A DNA stretch of 64,000 nt, taken from positions 32,001 to 96,000 of the forward strand of contig JAVJNR010000007.1 in assembly GCA_040217195.1 (NCBI GenBank), written 5' to 3'. The position numbers and the translations under genes are program-made. The notes beneath the pieces were generated by a model. The model was not told the origin of the DNA. It ran no database searches and worked only from the letters and a program-made list of their open reading frames with translations. Positions 29,678 to 40,474 of the stretch are shown here, one piece after another. Source of the DNA: Leptospiraceae bacterium. Its GTDB lineage: Bacteria; Spirochaetota; Leptospiria; Leptospirales; Leptonemataceae. How positions within the stretch are numbered: the first letter of the stretch is position 1; every line of letters starts with the position of its first letter.

Positions 29678-30457
29678 TTACCTGGAACCAAAACGGTAAG
29701 TGACTCGGAAATGAATTTGAAAATCTTCTTCCCTTTCCTGCCGGATGGCATAGGGTGCGGCAAGCGACATAGAAAAGCGTTCTGTCACATTCCAGCGCAC
29801 TGAAGGGCCCAGAAGCCAGTGAACTCTCTTCCTTTCTTCGGGATCATACCGGTGGTCATATCTGTTTTCCAGAGCAAGATCCAGAGATCCGATGCGAAAT
29901 CCCATGGCAAGATCATAGATTACTGAACGGTCGAACTGCTGATCCACATCTTCAATAAATCTGGGATTGGTCTGGGTGGACCACATGATGGAGCCTTGCA
30001 GATAAAACCAATCTAGATTCAGAAGCAGTCCTGCATAGGGCTGAAGATAACCCACATCCTTTTTTACATCCCCCTGGCTTGTGCCCCTGGAAAAGCGAAT
30101 TGTGGTCCCGAATGTAGTGGTCAACGGTCCAAATTCTGGAGCAAGTCGAAAACCTGCTTCCATATGATTCAGATACCGGCGCCTGTCCGCATCCGTCACC
30201 GTCCGCTCCACGTAGGGCACCTTTCCATAGATCGAAAAATACGATGTGGCGGCCCATTCGCCGGAAAGATAAATGGATCTTTCCCTTTCATAGTACTTAT
30301 GACGGTCCAGTTCGCTAAAATGGAACCCCAGGTGGACCCGGCTGGCAACATCCAGCCCCTGAGTCGTCATGGGCTCCACCGTTCCTGGAGATCGGGCAGG
30401 AAGAACCACCGGACAAAGAAATAGCATTAGGACTATGCCCCGAAGCCCATTACTCAC
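29678..30457 (-). CDS. Putative outer-membrane beta-barrel/transporter
   Basis: Signal peptide, alternating aromatic strands, C-terminal FRVTYRF. Confidence 0.65.
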   Translation of the reverse strand: MSNGLRGIVLMLFLCPVVLPARSPGTVEPMTTQGLDVASRVHLGFHFSELDRHKYYERERSIYLSGEWAATSYFSIYGKVPYVERTVTDADRRRYLNHMEAGFRLAPEFGPLTTTFGTTIRFSRGTSQGDVKKDVGYLQPYAGLLLNLDWFYLQGSIMWSTQTNPRFIEDVDQQFDRSVIYDLAMGFRIGSLDLALENRYDHRYDPEERKRVHWLLGPSVRWNVTERFSMSLAAPYAIRQEREEDFQIHFRVTYRFGSR

Positions 30458-31301
30458 GAAGGCCTCCTGTGTATTGGTCCACGGTCAGTGCGAATCGATT
30501 GGTTACAAACTGAAAGCCTATGTCATTCGGATGAATACAATCAAACATATAATCCGAACGAGAAACCGGAGGACCACCCAGGGTAGCTCTGAGATCTATG
30601 TAATGCAACTCTACTATCTCCGAATCCATCCGGGCCAGAAATGCATTGTGCCGATTGGTAATGTTTCGAATTAGATCCTGGGCTTCTGATTCAGTTGCTC
30701 CTTCCGTGAGAGCGTCCAGTACACATGCAGAGTTCAAGTTTGGGTTAGGATAATCATAGCCATGTATAAAAAAGGTCAGAGGAGCTCCACCGTACTTCTG
30801 CTGTTTGTAGAAGTTAGCCTCCTGCACCAGCCGTTTCAAGCGGATCTCCATGGATGCCTGCCGTGCCAGTAACACATTCTCAAAGCCATTGGCTTCGTAT
30901 TCGCCTATGGATCCAAGCATGTCGTTACCACCCAGGCTAACGAACATATACTTGATTTCCGGACCGGCATTATCGATTACCTGGATGAATCCTCGCTTGC
31001 TTTCCACTTCTTGACGCAATGTATGTCCTGCAACCACCGATGCGGTGATTCGAAATCCATCCAGGCGCAACCAGTCCAGCATATCTCTTTGCAGCTCCAG
31101 GCCGAAAGCGAAATCTGTCCAGCTATCGCCTATCATGCCAAATCGGGACGGCGATGGGCAGGTAGTAATAATTTCGCATTGCAGGTTGGCCAGTACTTCA
31201 TCGGACGGATCCGAAGATCGATCACAGCCAACAAATGGAAAAAGCAAAGATAGAGTGACAAGCCAGTGCAACAGCCTGGTCCTGGAAGAATTTGAATTCA
31301 T
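30450..31301 (-). CDS. SGNH/GDSL hydrolase lipoprotein
   Basis: IGDSWT, SLGGNDM, IHGYDYP, DCIHPN; lipobox FVGC; start uncertain (31301/31328). Confidence 0.88.
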   Translation of the reverse strand: MNSNSSRTRLLHWLVTLSLLFPFVGCDRSSDPSDEVLANLQCEIITTCPSPSRFGMIGDSWTDFAFGLELQRDMLDWLRLDGFRITASVVAGHTLRQEVESKRGFIQVIDNAGPEIKYMFVSLGGNDMLGSIGEYEANGFENVLLARQASMEIRLKRLVQEANFYKQQKYGGAPLTFFIHGYDYPNPNLNSACVLDALTEGATESEAQDLIRNITNRHNAFLARMDSEIVELHYIDLRATLGGPPVSRSDYMFDCIHPNDIGFQFVTNRFALTVDQYTGGLRE

Positions 31302-31388
31302 GTCAATGTCCTGATTAATTCGCAACATCTGAAAGATAAGGTAAGGCGGGCAAACAGGAAACCCTTATCTACATATCTTTTCCATGAT

Positions 31389-32312
31389 TTACCAGCTTCC
31401 TGAGGCGCCGCCGCCGCCGAAGCTGCCGCCCCCACCGCTGAAACCGCCGCTAAAGCCACCGCCTCCGGAGGAAAATCCGCCACCCGAAGAGGCGAATCCA
31501 CCACTACCAACACCACCGCCCCGTCCAAAGGCACCAATGAATGCAGCAAAGAGAGCTGAAAAGATCATAGTGACTGAAAAGCCAATGAGCAACCAGCCCA
31601 GAAGGATTCCCACCGGAGCCATGATACTCACAGCCAAAAAACCGTTATATATAACACGAAGAATTAAAGCTCCAACCAGAACTGCGATAAAGAAGAACTG
31701 ACCGAATCCACTGGTATCAAAGGATTCGATCCCCTCTCCCTCCTGATTCTGTAACGGAACATCTTCCAGAGATGGAAGTTCTTCGCCATCGATCAATGCG
31801 ATGATCGCATCTGTGGCCTTATCCAGACCTTCATAGTAATTTCCTGCTCTAAAATTTGGCGTCATTATCTGGTCTATGATTCGATTGGCCTTCGCATCCG
31901 GGATAACACCCTCCAGACCATAGCCCACTTCGATTCGCATTTTTCTTTCATTCTGGGCAACAAGAATCAGAACACCATCATCTACCCCTTCTCTGCCCAG
32001 TTTCCATTTTTCCACCAGTCGAATGGAAAAATCCTCGATGGGCACATCACCAATTGTTGGCAGAATTACGATGGCAACCTGAGACCCCTGGCGATCTTCC
32101 AGAGACTTTAATTTCTGAGTGAGGGCCTGGGCATCTGCCGGAGAAAGCATTCCGGCTCGGTCCAGAACTCGAGCCTCCATTTCAGGCAGTGGTACTTCCT
32201 GAGCCTGTAGCGAGGATGGCAGCGATAGGGCGCTAAGCAGCAGAAAAAAAGCAAAAGAACTATAGATTCCTCTGACAATGTACGGTTTTTCTCTCTCTGA
32301 ATAATGTCCCAC
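31389..32312 (-). CDS. TPM-domain (YgcG-like) membrane protein with Gly-rich tail
   Basis: VLDRAGML, GSQVAIV, WKLGREGVDDGVLILVA, RIEVGYGLEG, GGGSFGGGGASGSW. Confidence 0.93.
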   Translation of the reverse strand: MGHYSEREKPYIVRGIYSSFAFFLLLSALSLPSSLQAQEVPLPEMEARVLDRAGMLSPADAQALTQKLKSLEDRQGSQVAIVILPTIGDVPIEDFSIRLVEKWKLGREGVDDGVLILVAQNERKMRIEVGYGLEGVIPDAKANRIIDQIMTPNFRAGNYYEGLDKATDAIIALIDGEELPSLEDVPLQNQEGEGIESFDTSGFGQFFFIAVLVGALILRVIYNGFLAVSIMAPVGILLGWLLIGFSVTMIFSALFAAFIGAFGRGGGVGSGGFASSGGGFSSGGGGFSGGFSGGGGSFGGGGASGSW

Positions 32313-32321
32313 AAAGGCTCC

Positions 32322-32813
32322 TTATAGTATTACTGGCTTATCAGATAATTCATTCCTATCGCCTTCGCGATATGGAAAATGACGGGCCAGCACATCGGTG
32401 ATTCGCTGGATTCCATGAATCACACCTTCGCGGTATTTCTTCTCTCGGAACATCTGCTCCATTTCCCCGCAGATCGTCTGCCAGGTCTGAGTTCCTTCAA
32501 GCTTGTTAATGCCTCTATCTGCCACGATTTCCATATCGTGGTCAGCCAGGAGTAGATATAGCAACACACCGTTATTCTCTTCTGTGTCCCAGACTCGAAG
32601 GTCACTAAATACTTTCAGCGCTCGGTCTCGGCCGATGACATTTTTGAGCACCATGATCGGCTCCAGAGAAGCCTCCACAGCAAAGCAAAGCTCGGCTCTA
32701 TGTTTTTTCTCCGAGGCAGCAATGGCGCTCTGGATCTCCTGCATATCCTGGCTGGAAAAGTAGCTGGAAACCTTCCAGCGTGGAGTGAATAAATGTTTGA
32801 TGAAACGGGCCAT
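32322..32813 (-). CDS. TPM-domain protein
   Basis: RALKVFSDLRVWDTEENNGVLLYLLLADHDMEIVADRGI, NELSDKPVIL. Confidence 0.9.
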   Translation of the reverse strand: MARFIKHLFTPRWKVSSYFSSQDMQEIQSAIAASEKKHRAELCFAVEASLEPIMVLKNVIGRDRALKVFSDLRVWDTEENNGVLLYLLLADHDMEIVADRGINKLEGTQTWQTICGEMEQMFREKKYREGVIHGIQRITDVLARHFPYREGDRNELSDKPVIL

Positions 32814-32880
32814 GGGATCTTGCTCCAGAAACTTAAAAATACAAAGGCATATTACTTTTACCGCGCAACTCTTGAAAAGC

Positions 32881-32935
32881 AAAAACCCCGTAAACCGGGG
32901 CCTCTGAAATTAGCACCCGGGTTTGTTCCGGGTGC
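32881..32935 (-). terminator. Double hairpin/terminator downstream of lemA
   Basis: gcacccgg/ccgggtgc stem, then ccccg/cgggg stem followed by T5 on the minus strand. Confidence 0.5.
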
Positions 32936-32963
32936 AGAGTTTGGTTCAGGATCCGAAAAAACC

Positions 32964-33560
32964 CTACAGATCGATTTCCGGGGGTTTGGACATCTCTTCT
33001 TCGTTTTCCACCTCAAAAGTATCTTTCGTCTGATAACCGAAAATTTTGGCGGTCAGATTTGCCGGGAATTGGCGGACCGTGGTGTTGTATTCCCGAACGG
33101 AATCGATGAAACGCTTACGAGCAACCGTGATACGGTTTTCCGTTCCCTCAATTTGAGCCTGGAGATCCCGAAAGTTCTGATCGGATTTTAGTTCAGGGTA
33201 TCGCTCCACTGTAACCATAAGTCGACTCAACGCCTGGGTAATATCGCCCTGGGCTTGCTGGAATTTGTTAAATGCCTGAGGATCATTTACCAGCTCCGGG
33301 GTAGCCTGAATACTGGTAGCCTTGGAGCGAGCTTCAATCACTCCAACAAGCACCTCTTTTTCCTGAATGGCAAAGGCTTTTACTACTTTTACCAATTGTG
33401 GAATTAGATCCTGGCGACGCTTGTACTGATTCAGCACCTCGGCCCAGGAGGCCTTCACCTGCTCATCTTTCATCTGAATTTCGTTGTAGCCACAGTTTGT
33501 GCCAGTGTACAACAGGGTTAATAGGGCAATCCCAAGAATGCTTTTCTTTTTTGTGTTCAT
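32964..33560 (-). CDS. lemA: LemA family protein
   Basis: WAEVLNQYKRRQDLIPQLV, ERYPELKSDQNFRDLQAQIEGTENRITVAR; start at MNTKKK. Confidence 0.95.
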   Translation of the reverse strand: MNTKKKSILGIALLTLLYTGTNCGYNEIQMKDEQVKASWAEVLNQYKRRQDLIPQLVKVVKAFAIQEKEVLVGVIEARSKATSIQATPELVNDPQAFNKFQQAQGDITQALSRLMVTVERYPELKSDQNFRDLQAQIEGTENRITVARKRFIDSVREYNTTVRQFPANLTAKIFGYQTKDTFEVENEEEMSKPPEIDL

Positions 33561-33627
33561 ATTCCTCGAACTCGATATATAGATCGCATAGAGATTAGCT
33601 GTCAGAGATGGAAAGGTCAACAAAAAA

Positions 33628-34569
33628 ATGCCGGAAGAGAAAATCCCCAGCCAGACAGGGCAGATCCTGAACACCGATAGCTTCGTAGCTTTAAAAAGGG
33701 CCGTGGTAGAATACTTCGCCACATCAGTGCAGGAATTGCTCCCAAGGATCATTGTTACGGTGGTCATTCTGATTGCAGTGATTTTGCTTCGACTGGTACT
33801 GCTCAGACTGGCTACTCGCAGGATGCGAAACCAGGGGCATAGGCTTCGCTGGAGGACAAACAGTACATACTTTGCCATTCTTGCATTTCTAATCCTGGCC
33901 TTTCCGGTATGGCTTCCTTCTTTGCGGTCCATCGCAACGGTACTGGGGATTTTCGGAGCCGGTATTCTAATCGTCTTTAAAGAGGTATTTTTGAACCTGG
34001 CCGCCTGGTTCTACATTGTAATTCGTAGACCTTTCGAAATCGGCAACCGAGTGACTATTCAAAGCATTGCAGGCGACGTTCTGGATATCCGATTATTTGA
34101 GTTCACAGTCATGGAAGTGACTCCTAGAAACCTGGGAGGACAGAGCACCGGGCGAATCGTTCACCTTCCAAACGCTCTACTGTGGACAACACCTTTAAGT
34201 AATGCCAGCAAAGAGTTTTCGTTCAACTGGAATGAAATAAGAGTGCCGGTCAAAAGCACATCCAACTGGCAGCGCGCAGAGGAGATTATCCGCGAAATTG
34301 CAACTACAAGTACAGAACAGATTTCAGATAGCGATTCTCGAATCAAACACTCGGCCGACCAATATGCTATCTATTTCTCAAGACTGCATCCTGGTGTTTT
34401 TCTTGAGTTTCAGAATGGAGCCGTAGTTCTAACTTTGAGGCATCTATCTGAGCCTCGAACCAGAAGAATGACCGTGGATGTGATCTGGAGAAAAATTCTG
34501 GAACGATTTGGCGAAGAAGGAATAGAACTGGATGAAAACTACGAAGAACCCTATCCTGGCATGCAATAG
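33628..34569 (+). CDS. MscS-family mechanosensitive channel
   Basis: Three TMs, RRPFEIGNRVTI, GDVLDIRLF, QSTGRIVHLPN. Confidence 0.9.
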   Translation: MPEEKIPSQTGQILNTDSFVALKRAVVEYFATSVQELLPRIIVTVVILIAVILLRLVLLRLATRRMRNQGHRLRWRTNSTYFAILAFLILAFPVWLPSLRSIATVLGIFGAGILIVFKEVFLNLAAWFYIVIRRPFEIGNRVTIQSIAGDVLDIRLFEFTVMEVTPRNLGGQSTGRIVHLPNALLWTTPLSNASKEFSFNWNEIRVPVKSTSNWQRAEEIIREIATTSTEQISDSDSRIKHSADQYAIYFSRLHPGVFLEFQNGAVVLTLRHLSEPRTRRMTVDVIWRKILERFGEEGIELDENYEEPYPGMQ

Positions 34570-34617
34570 AAATCAAACTTCGAGAACGCTCCGTTCCGGC
34601 GCCACCGGGAGGCTATA

Positions 34618-35418
34618 ATGATTGACGTGAATTGGTTCAAAAAGAAGGGCACCGACTCCTGGTCCTACTGGAAAATTGCCGGAGTCCTGGCGCCCGTATT
34701 ACTAATTGTTGCATTCTTGATTTTAGGTCGGAACCTTGAAACGGTCACACCACGAAAAGGCCCCATTGTGGAAGCAGTCTATGGCCTTGGCACCGTAACT
34801 CCGCGCAGAACTTTCACTATAAAAACAGGAGTTTCAGGTCGTATTGAATCCATCTATGCCAGACCCGGGGATCGAGTAAACTTGAATGACCCTCTAATTC
34901 GCACAGATTCGATTCTATTTAGAGCCCCGTTTCAGGGCGTGGTAACCAACCTTCTATTCGAGGAAAGCGAAATTGTCATGCCCGGAAGTCCTATCCTTAC
35001 AATGAAAACTATGGAGGATCATCACGTTGAGCTGATTATGGACCAGGAATCTGTCCTGCGAATTCGGCCCGGATTGAAAGCAGAGCTTAGCTTTGAATCG
35101 CTCAGATCTAAGAAGATTTCGGGAGTTGTATCCCGAGTATACTCATCCGGTGGTGAATTCATTGTAGAAGTGGAATCAGACGAAATGCCGCCGGAAGTAT
35201 TGCCCGATATGACTGCCGACGTTGCCATTCAAATAGCCAGGCGCGAAGAAGTATTGCTCATTCCTCAGCGAGCTGTACAGAGAGGTCAGGTCCAGGTATT
35301 GCGAAATGGACTGCGAAAAAGGATACCTGTGAAAATCGGCGCGGCCGATGCGGAGTGGGTGGAAATTGTGGACGACAGCCTTAACATGGATGACCGGATC
35401 ATAGTTCCCAAACGATAG
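34618..35418 (+). CDS. Efflux periplasmic adaptor (HlyD/MacA-like, short)
   Basis: N-terminal TM, lipoyl half-motifs GRIESIYARPGDRV and RAPFQGVV, PDMTADV, LLIPQRAV. Confidence 0.85.
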   Translation: MIDVNWFKKKGTDSWSYWKIAGVLAPVLLIVAFLILGRNLETVTPRKGPIVEAVYGLGTVTPRRTFTIKTGVSGRIESIYARPGDRVNLNDPLIRTDSILFRAPFQGVVTNLLFEESEIVMPGSPILTMKTMEDHHVELIMDQESVLRIRPGLKAELSFESLRSKKISGVVSRVYSSGGEFIVEVESDEMPPEVLPDMTADVAIQIARREEVLLIPQRAVQRGQVQVLRNGLRKRIPVKIGAADAEWVEIVDDSLNMDDRIIVPKR

Positions 35419-35422
35419 CTCT

Positions 35423-36661
35423 ATGTTCTTTCTGGCCACACGTCAACTTCTGGATCGTTTGCAGCAAAGTGCTCTGACTCTCGTAGGAATTGCTCTGGGC
35501 ACAGCTGCATACGTAATGTTTTCCGGGATCATGCTTGGATTCCAGGATCAAATTATAGACCTGCTTGTTAATACGGATGCGCATATTCGAATTAGCCCCC
35601 GCGATGAGTACCGTAGCCCGGAGTCTTACGATGGGGTTTTCTTTTCGGATGATCAGGTTATCTGGGTTACTCCTCCCAGTGGAATGGAAAAATCCCAGGA
35701 TCTTTCCAATGTATACGGCTGGTACCAGAGATTGGAAGCTGATCACCGAGTGGCCGCCTTTGCGCCACAGTTAAATCTGCAGGTCATGGCCGGCAACAGC
35801 AACTATTCCTCCGCATCCTATTTGTTTGGAATCGATCCAGAAAAGCAGCGCTCGGTGAGCAACATGGAGGACAACCTTTTGCAGGGAACCATGTCTGATC
35901 TTGCCCGGGGAAATTCTCTGGCCATCATCGGAAGCAAGATGCAGGAAAACCTGGGAGTGCAGCCCAACGGTACGATTCAAATAGTCACACCAGAAGGCAC
36001 AAAGGCAAATCTTAGAATCGTCGGTATATATGAGTTTGGCAACAGTCAACTGGACCAGGGCTTCATATATACAGATATTCGAACGGCCCAATCCCTGTCT
36101 GATGGCGCACAGCATGTAACGGATATAGTAGTTCGACTGCACGATGTCACTCAGGCAGCTGAAGTAGCTTCTCAGTGGTCTCAGTTTTCAAGAGACAAAG
36201 TGGAAAGCTGGGACCAGGCAAATGAAAGCATTCTTTCTGTATTTCAGATGCAGGATGTTATTCGCACATCTCTTACGGCAGTTATCGTCCTGATCATCGC
36301 ATTTGGTATCTGTAATATCCTGAATATGGTTGTATTTCAGAAGCAAAAAGAAATCGCAATCCTTCGATCCATTGGATTCGACTCCAGGGATACTATTCAG
36401 CTTTTTCTGATCCAGGGTTTCGTACTTGGCACTCTTGGCTCGCTAGTGGGCCTGCTAATCGGATTTGTGGGCTGCCTGTATATATCTACTATTAGCATCG
36501 GTGGAGAGGATACAATTCGTCAGATGGTGGTTTCCTATAAGCCATCCATCTATGTTGTTGGATTTACCATCAGTGTTACTGCTTCAGCTATCTCAAGTTA
36601 TCTGCCTGCTCGAAGAGCCTCAAAACTGCAGCCAATTGAAATTATTCGAGGAGCCGGCTGA
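35423..36661 (+). CDS. ABC transporter permease (LolC/E/MacB-FtsX type)
   Basis: LTLVGIALG, large periplasmic domain, QKEIAILRSIG, YLPARRASKLQPIEIIR. Confidence 0.92.
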   Translation: MFFLATRQLLDRLQQSALTLVGIALGTAAYVMFSGIMLGFQDQIIDLLVNTDAHIRISPRDEYRSPESYDGVFFSDDQVIWVTPPSGMEKSQDLSNVYGWYQRLEADHRVAAFAPQLNLQVMAGNSNYSSASYLFGIDPEKQRSVSNMEDNLLQGTMSDLARGNSLAIIGSKMQENLGVQPNGTIQIVTPEGTKANLRIVGIYEFGNSQLDQGFIYTDIRTAQSLSDGAQHVTDIVVRLHDVTQAAEVASQWSQFSRDKVESWDQANESILSVFQMQDVIRTSLTAVIVLIIAFGICNILNMVVFQKQKEIAILRSIGFDSRDTIQLFLIQGFVLGTLGSLVGLLIGFVGCLYISTISIGGEDTIRQMVVSYKPSIYVVGFTISVTASAISSYLPARRASKLQPIEIIRGAG

Positions 36662-37359
36662 TGAATATTCGCATACACGGACTCGTAAAATCCTTTGATA
36701 ATCCGGACAAGCCTGTGCTCAAGGGTCTGAACCTGGAAATCCAGGCCGGTCAGTTTGTTTCTATTACCGGTCGGTCAGGTTCCGGAAAATCCACCTTTCT
36801 ATACTGCGTAAGTGGTCTGGATACATTAACCAGTGGAACGGTTGAAGTTGGCGGTCAGAATATTCATTCCATGCGCGAGTTAGAGATACATAGATTTAGA
36901 AATGAGCAAATGGGCTTTGTATTTCAATTTCACTATCTGCTTCCAGAACTCACAGCCCTGGAGAATGTATTGATGCCTGCGCGAAAGCAGGGACTGCATC
37001 AGAAGATGGAACCAGATGCCCGGGCCCTGCTTGAACAGTTCGAAGTGGCGCATGCAGGAGATAGAAAACCGGGCCAAATGTCTGGCGGCGAACAGCAAAG
37101 AGTTGCTATCGCTCGTGCACTGATCATGAAACCGTCCCTGCTCTTTGCCGATGAACCTACCGGAAACCTGGATTCCATTAATGGCGAAACAGTGCTAAGA
37201 ATTCTAGAACGGATCAATCATGAAATGGGCGTTACCGTTCTTATGGTTACCCATGAGTCTGACTATGCGGCTCGGGCCACCAGGGAACTGGAATTTGCAG
37301 ATGGTGAAATCCTTTCAGATCGTCACCATCGACCCCATCGCATAAAACGTGAGCATTGA
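36661..37359 (+). CDS. ABC transporter ATP-binding protein (LolD-like)
   Basis: [46 protein letters not shown]. Confidence 0.95.
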   Translation: MNIRIHGLVKSFDNPDKPVLKGLNLEIQAGQFVSITGRSGSGKSTFLYCVSGLDTLTSGTVEVGGQNIHSMRELEIHRFRNEQMGFVFQFHYLLPELTALENVLMPARKQGLHQKMEPDARALLEQFEVAHAGDRKPGQMSGGEQQRVAIARALIMKPSLLFADEPTGNLDSINGETVLRILERINHEMGVTVLMVTHESDYAARATRELEFADGEILSDRHHRPHRIKREH

Positions 37360-37376
37360 CCGTCTGGCCTTCTGGC

Positions 37377-38549
37377 CTAATTGTAAGGATTAAAAGGATC
37401 ATTTTTTCGATCTTCGGGCCTGGGAAAACGGTCTTCGCCGGAATCGCTGCCGGCACTACCTGATTCATTGTTCGCATCCCGTCCCGAATCCATGGTAGAA
37501 GTCCCTGAAGCTGAATCCGATGCAGGATTTTGCTGGCTCGATGACTCTTGAAGACTGGCCGCGGATCCATCGCTACCAATATCTCTGGAGGCAACCGGGG
37601 GCGCAGATACAAATTGAGGTTTGTTCTCTGAATAGCCAGGTACTAATTGCTCCTTAACAGCCGGTGTCAAAAACAGATGAGCGATGGCTCCTTCAAGAGT
37701 CATTTTCAATGCGATCCCGACCACGGACAACAGTATGGCAACGATGATCAATAATGGAAAGAGACCCTCCACCAGATTCAAGGCACCTATGTTCTGCGGT
37801 GCCAGCGCACCAAAACCTAGAGAAACGAAGAGACCCAGCAGAATAGGTAGAATAATAACAAAACCTGGCAGAAAGTAGACAAAAAGCTTACCCATGAAGA
37901 GTTTAAATCCGTAGCCTTTTGTTAATCTCCAGGACTGGACAAAGGCATCCCAGGCTCCCAGGCGCAAATCGTATACAAGTGGAAAAACCAGATCCAGTCT
38001 TGCCAGAAAGTAATTAATAGTAAGTCCAAGCACTCCAAAGATGGAAATCATGCTCAATCCCATGATACCGTCTTCGCCCAGTCCCTCGGTTACATCCGAG
38101 CCCATGTTACCCGCAGAGATGATGCTTTCCACGGATACTGCGAAAATCGCAGCCGTCATAATATATAGAATAAAGAATGCGATATAGCCAACGAGTAGAA
38201 ATAGAAAGTACAGCAAGCCTGCAAGAAATACTCCGCCAAAGTTGTTGAACGGTTTGAATAAATCCTCCAGCCGCGGTTCACCTTTCACTGCGCCGGTGCC
38301 GTAGCTTATGGAGCCCGCAACCAGGTGTGGCGTAACTATGATTCCGCCACAAAACCAGAACATCTGGGCCCCAAAGTAAACGATGGCATACACAATGGAG
38401 CTAACCAGCGTTAAGCCCAGATTGGAAGTAAGCCCTTGAAAGGCCAGTTTGAGCATCCGACCTACTGAAAACTCCACGCCCTCCTGCATCGATCCATAGG
38501 TTTCTATGGATGCTCGGGATACCTGGTAGGGATTCTCTTGTTCTGCCAT
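37377..38549 (-). CDS. Membrane protein (DUF975-like) with disordered Ser-rich C-terminus
   Basis: ENPYQ N-terminus, ~6 TMs, [14 protein letters not shown] motif. Confidence 0.7.
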   Translation of the reverse strand: MAEQENPYQVSRASIETYGSMQEGVEFSVGRMLKLAFQGLTSNLGLTLVSSIVYAIVYFGAQMFWFCGGIIVTPHLVAGSISYGTGAVKGEPRLEDLFKPFNNFGGVFLAGLLYFLFLLVGYIAFFILYIMTAAIFAVSVESIISAGNMGSDVTEGLGEDGIMGLSMISIFGVLGLTINYFLARLDLVFPLVYDLRLGAWDAFVQSWRLTKGYGFKLFMGKLFVYFLPGFVIILPILLGLFVSLGFGALAPQNIGALNLVEGLFPLLIIVAILLSVVGIALKMTLEGAIAHLFLTPAVKEQLVPGYSENKPQFVSAPPVASRDIGSDGSAASLQESSSQQNPASDSASGTSTMDSGRDANNESGSAGSDSGEDRFPRPEDRKNDPFNPYN

Positions 38550-38627
38550 GATGGTCCAATTGGATATTCATGCCCCATTCTTCAATTTTTTTGTGCATCA
38601 AAGGAGGAAATTGGCCGATTAACTGGT

Positions 38628-39200
38628 ATGGCCCCAGGTATGGATCGTATTGAGACTCGGATAAGAGACATAATGCAGCGGTTTGATCAACTAAATCAGG
38701 TACCGCAGCTGGCAGCAGAAAAGAAATCCACCGAGGAAGCGGTTGAGATGAGTGCACCCGGTCAGAGCCAACGGAACTCCATGGCTTCCGCCCCCGGTCC
38801 TGCCCCCGGAACGACCCATTTTCAGCGTATCCTGAATGCTCTGGTAGAAGAGAAAGCCCAGGATCATGGAGTATCTCCTGACCTGGTACGAGCAGTGATG
38901 CAAGCTGAGTCAGCCGGCAACCCGGATGCAGTTTCACCCGCTGGCGCCCAGGGATTGATGCAATTGATGCCAGGTACGGCCAAGCTTCTGGGCGTGGATC
39001 CCACAGATCCGGTGCAGAACCTGGATGGCGGGATCCGATACCTGAAAGCCATGAATGAAAGATTTGGTAATCTGGAAGACGCCCTGGCCGCCTACAACGC
39101 CGGTCCTGGTGCTGTAGAAAAGTACGGCGGAATTCCTCCTTTCAAGGAAACGATAAATTACGTCAAAAAAATCCGGGACATCCTGGAAGAGAAACGTTGA
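38628..39200 (+). CDS. Soluble lytic transglycosylase (SLT domain)
   Basis: [39 protein letters not shown]; start 38628 or 38640. Confidence 0.93.
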   Translation: MAPGMDRIETRIRDIMQRFDQLNQVPQLAAEKKSTEEAVEMSAPGQSQRNSMASAPGPAPGTTHFQRILNALVEEKAQDHGVSPDLVRAVMQAESAGNPDAVSPAGAQGLMQLMPGTAKLLGVDPTDPVQNLDGGIRYLKAMNERFGNLEDALAAYNAGPGAVEKYGGIPPFKETINYVKKIRDILEEKR

Positions 39201-39210
39201 TTGACAGAGC

Positions 39211-39831
39211 ATGATTCGGACGATCCACAGGCGGCTTCCTGTACTTCCCATACTCCTGCTGGTATTTCTGGGCGCCTGCCCGGAAAACGATGATGATGCA
39301 CTTATGCTGCATCTGTATCATTCCCTGGATGAAGAAATTCAGGACGCTGTGGATGGCACTGAAATACCGCCAGAGTATCTGGCAGCACTCATTTCCCTGG
39401 AATCCCATCCGGCCGGCAACCGGGATAGCCGACGATTCGAACCCGCTGTCTATGACAGATTAATGGACCTCAAATACTCCGGAGAAGCCTTCGGATACAT
39501 ACCCAGAAACCGGGTAAAAAACCTGGATGATCAGAAGCTGCGCGAGCTGGCAACCAGCTACGGACTCACTCAGATAATGGGCTACCATTGCCTGGAACTT
39601 GGATGCTCCATTGACGACCTGAAAGGTGAATTTCATCTTCTCTGGTCTGTAGCCTACATCCGGGACCATTATGGAAAGCAGGTCAAGGCCCGGGACTGGG
39701 AGGCATGCTTTAGAATGCACAATACAGGCCGGGTAGATGGAATTACTTCCAGGAAAGATTATGTAGAGAAGGGTCTCATCCGGATGCAGTACTACCGTAA
39801 ATGGATTCAGCAAGAAGGTAGCCTTTTCTAA
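39211..39831 (+). CDS. Lysozyme-fold lipoprotein (N-acetylmuramidase/DUF3380-like)
   Basis: Lipobox LGAC; LAALISLES, RRFEP, ATSYGLTQIMGYH, FRMHN. Confidence 0.7.
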   Translation: MIRTIHRRLPVLPILLLVFLGACPENDDDALMLHLYHSLDEEIQDAVDGTEIPPEYLAALISLESHPAGNRDSRRFEPAVYDRLMDLKYSGEAFGYIPRNRVKNLDDQKLRELATSYGLTQIMGYHCLELGCSIDDLKGEFHLLWSVAYIRDHYGKQVKARDWEACFRMHNTGRVDGITSRKDYVEKGLIRMQYYRKWIQQEGSLF

Positions 39832-39940
39832 GAATCCACCTACAAGCTACAGGAAGCCGACCGCACAGGCCGGGCTCCCGTTGATTATCAAGTGAAATCT
39901 GCCAGAGAAATCAGCATTTCCCGGTCTGGTTTATCTCGAA

Positions 39941-40378
39941 TTAGTCTTCTTTATCGAAAGCTAAGCGGCCAGCCCCGCGAATACTTAATACAAGACAGTT
40001 CACTGCAATCAGGAACGGATATTCAAACTTTACCTGATTATCCCCCGACTCCAGATTAAAAAGTAGTCCCAGAGAGGAACCGTGAGCAACAAAGGCTACA
40101 CCAAAGAACCAGCAGGCAATAATCAGCGCAATGTCTCGCACCTTGAAACCAACTATCAAACATAGAGCCAGAGCGGTTTCTACAGCCAGCGTACCGGCCA
40201 CGATGGGATAATGAAGCGGAGCCCGGAGATAGTTTGCCTCAACCATGGCGGTAAACTCGGGTATATGGAATAACTTGGGTATTCCATGAGCCAACAAAAA
40301 CAGGCCGGTAATCCACCTCAGCAAAGTGGGTGCATAGGGCGCATACGGTTTGGTAATATCGCGTAAAGTTCCAAGCAT
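39941..40378 (-). CDS. DoxX family membrane protein
   Basis: LLRWITGLFLLAHGIPKL, FEYP, GAGRLAFD. Confidence 0.88.
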   Translation of the reverse strand: MLGTLRDITKPYAPYAPTLLRWITGLFLLAHGIPKLFHIPEFTAMVEANYLRAPLHYPIVAGTLAVETALALCLIVGFKVRDIALIIACWFFGVAFVAHGSSLGLLFNLESGDNQVKFEYPFLIAVNCLVLSIRGAGRLAFDKED

Positions 40379-40412
40379 GCCCCAGGCTAAGCTAGGCCTA
40401 TCCAGGTGCAAT

Positions 40413-40439
40413 AAAAAAGGGCGACCGTAGCCGCCCTTT
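40413..40439 (-). terminator. Terminator of lipL21
   Basis: Minus strand aaagggcgg-ctacg-gtcgccctttttt: GC stem followed by T6. Confidence 0.7.
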
Positions 40440-40474
40440 CTCCGATGCCCGGGGCATCGCTGACATTTAGAAAC

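Noticed and set aside
31384..31701. Proline-rich + strand ORF
   Set aside because: Antisense shadow of the Gly-rich tail of the TPM protein.
33561..33932. N-terminal extension of the lemA ORF (322 aa in the track)
   Set aside because: Overlaps the divergent mscS gene; the true start with RBS and lipobox is at 33560.
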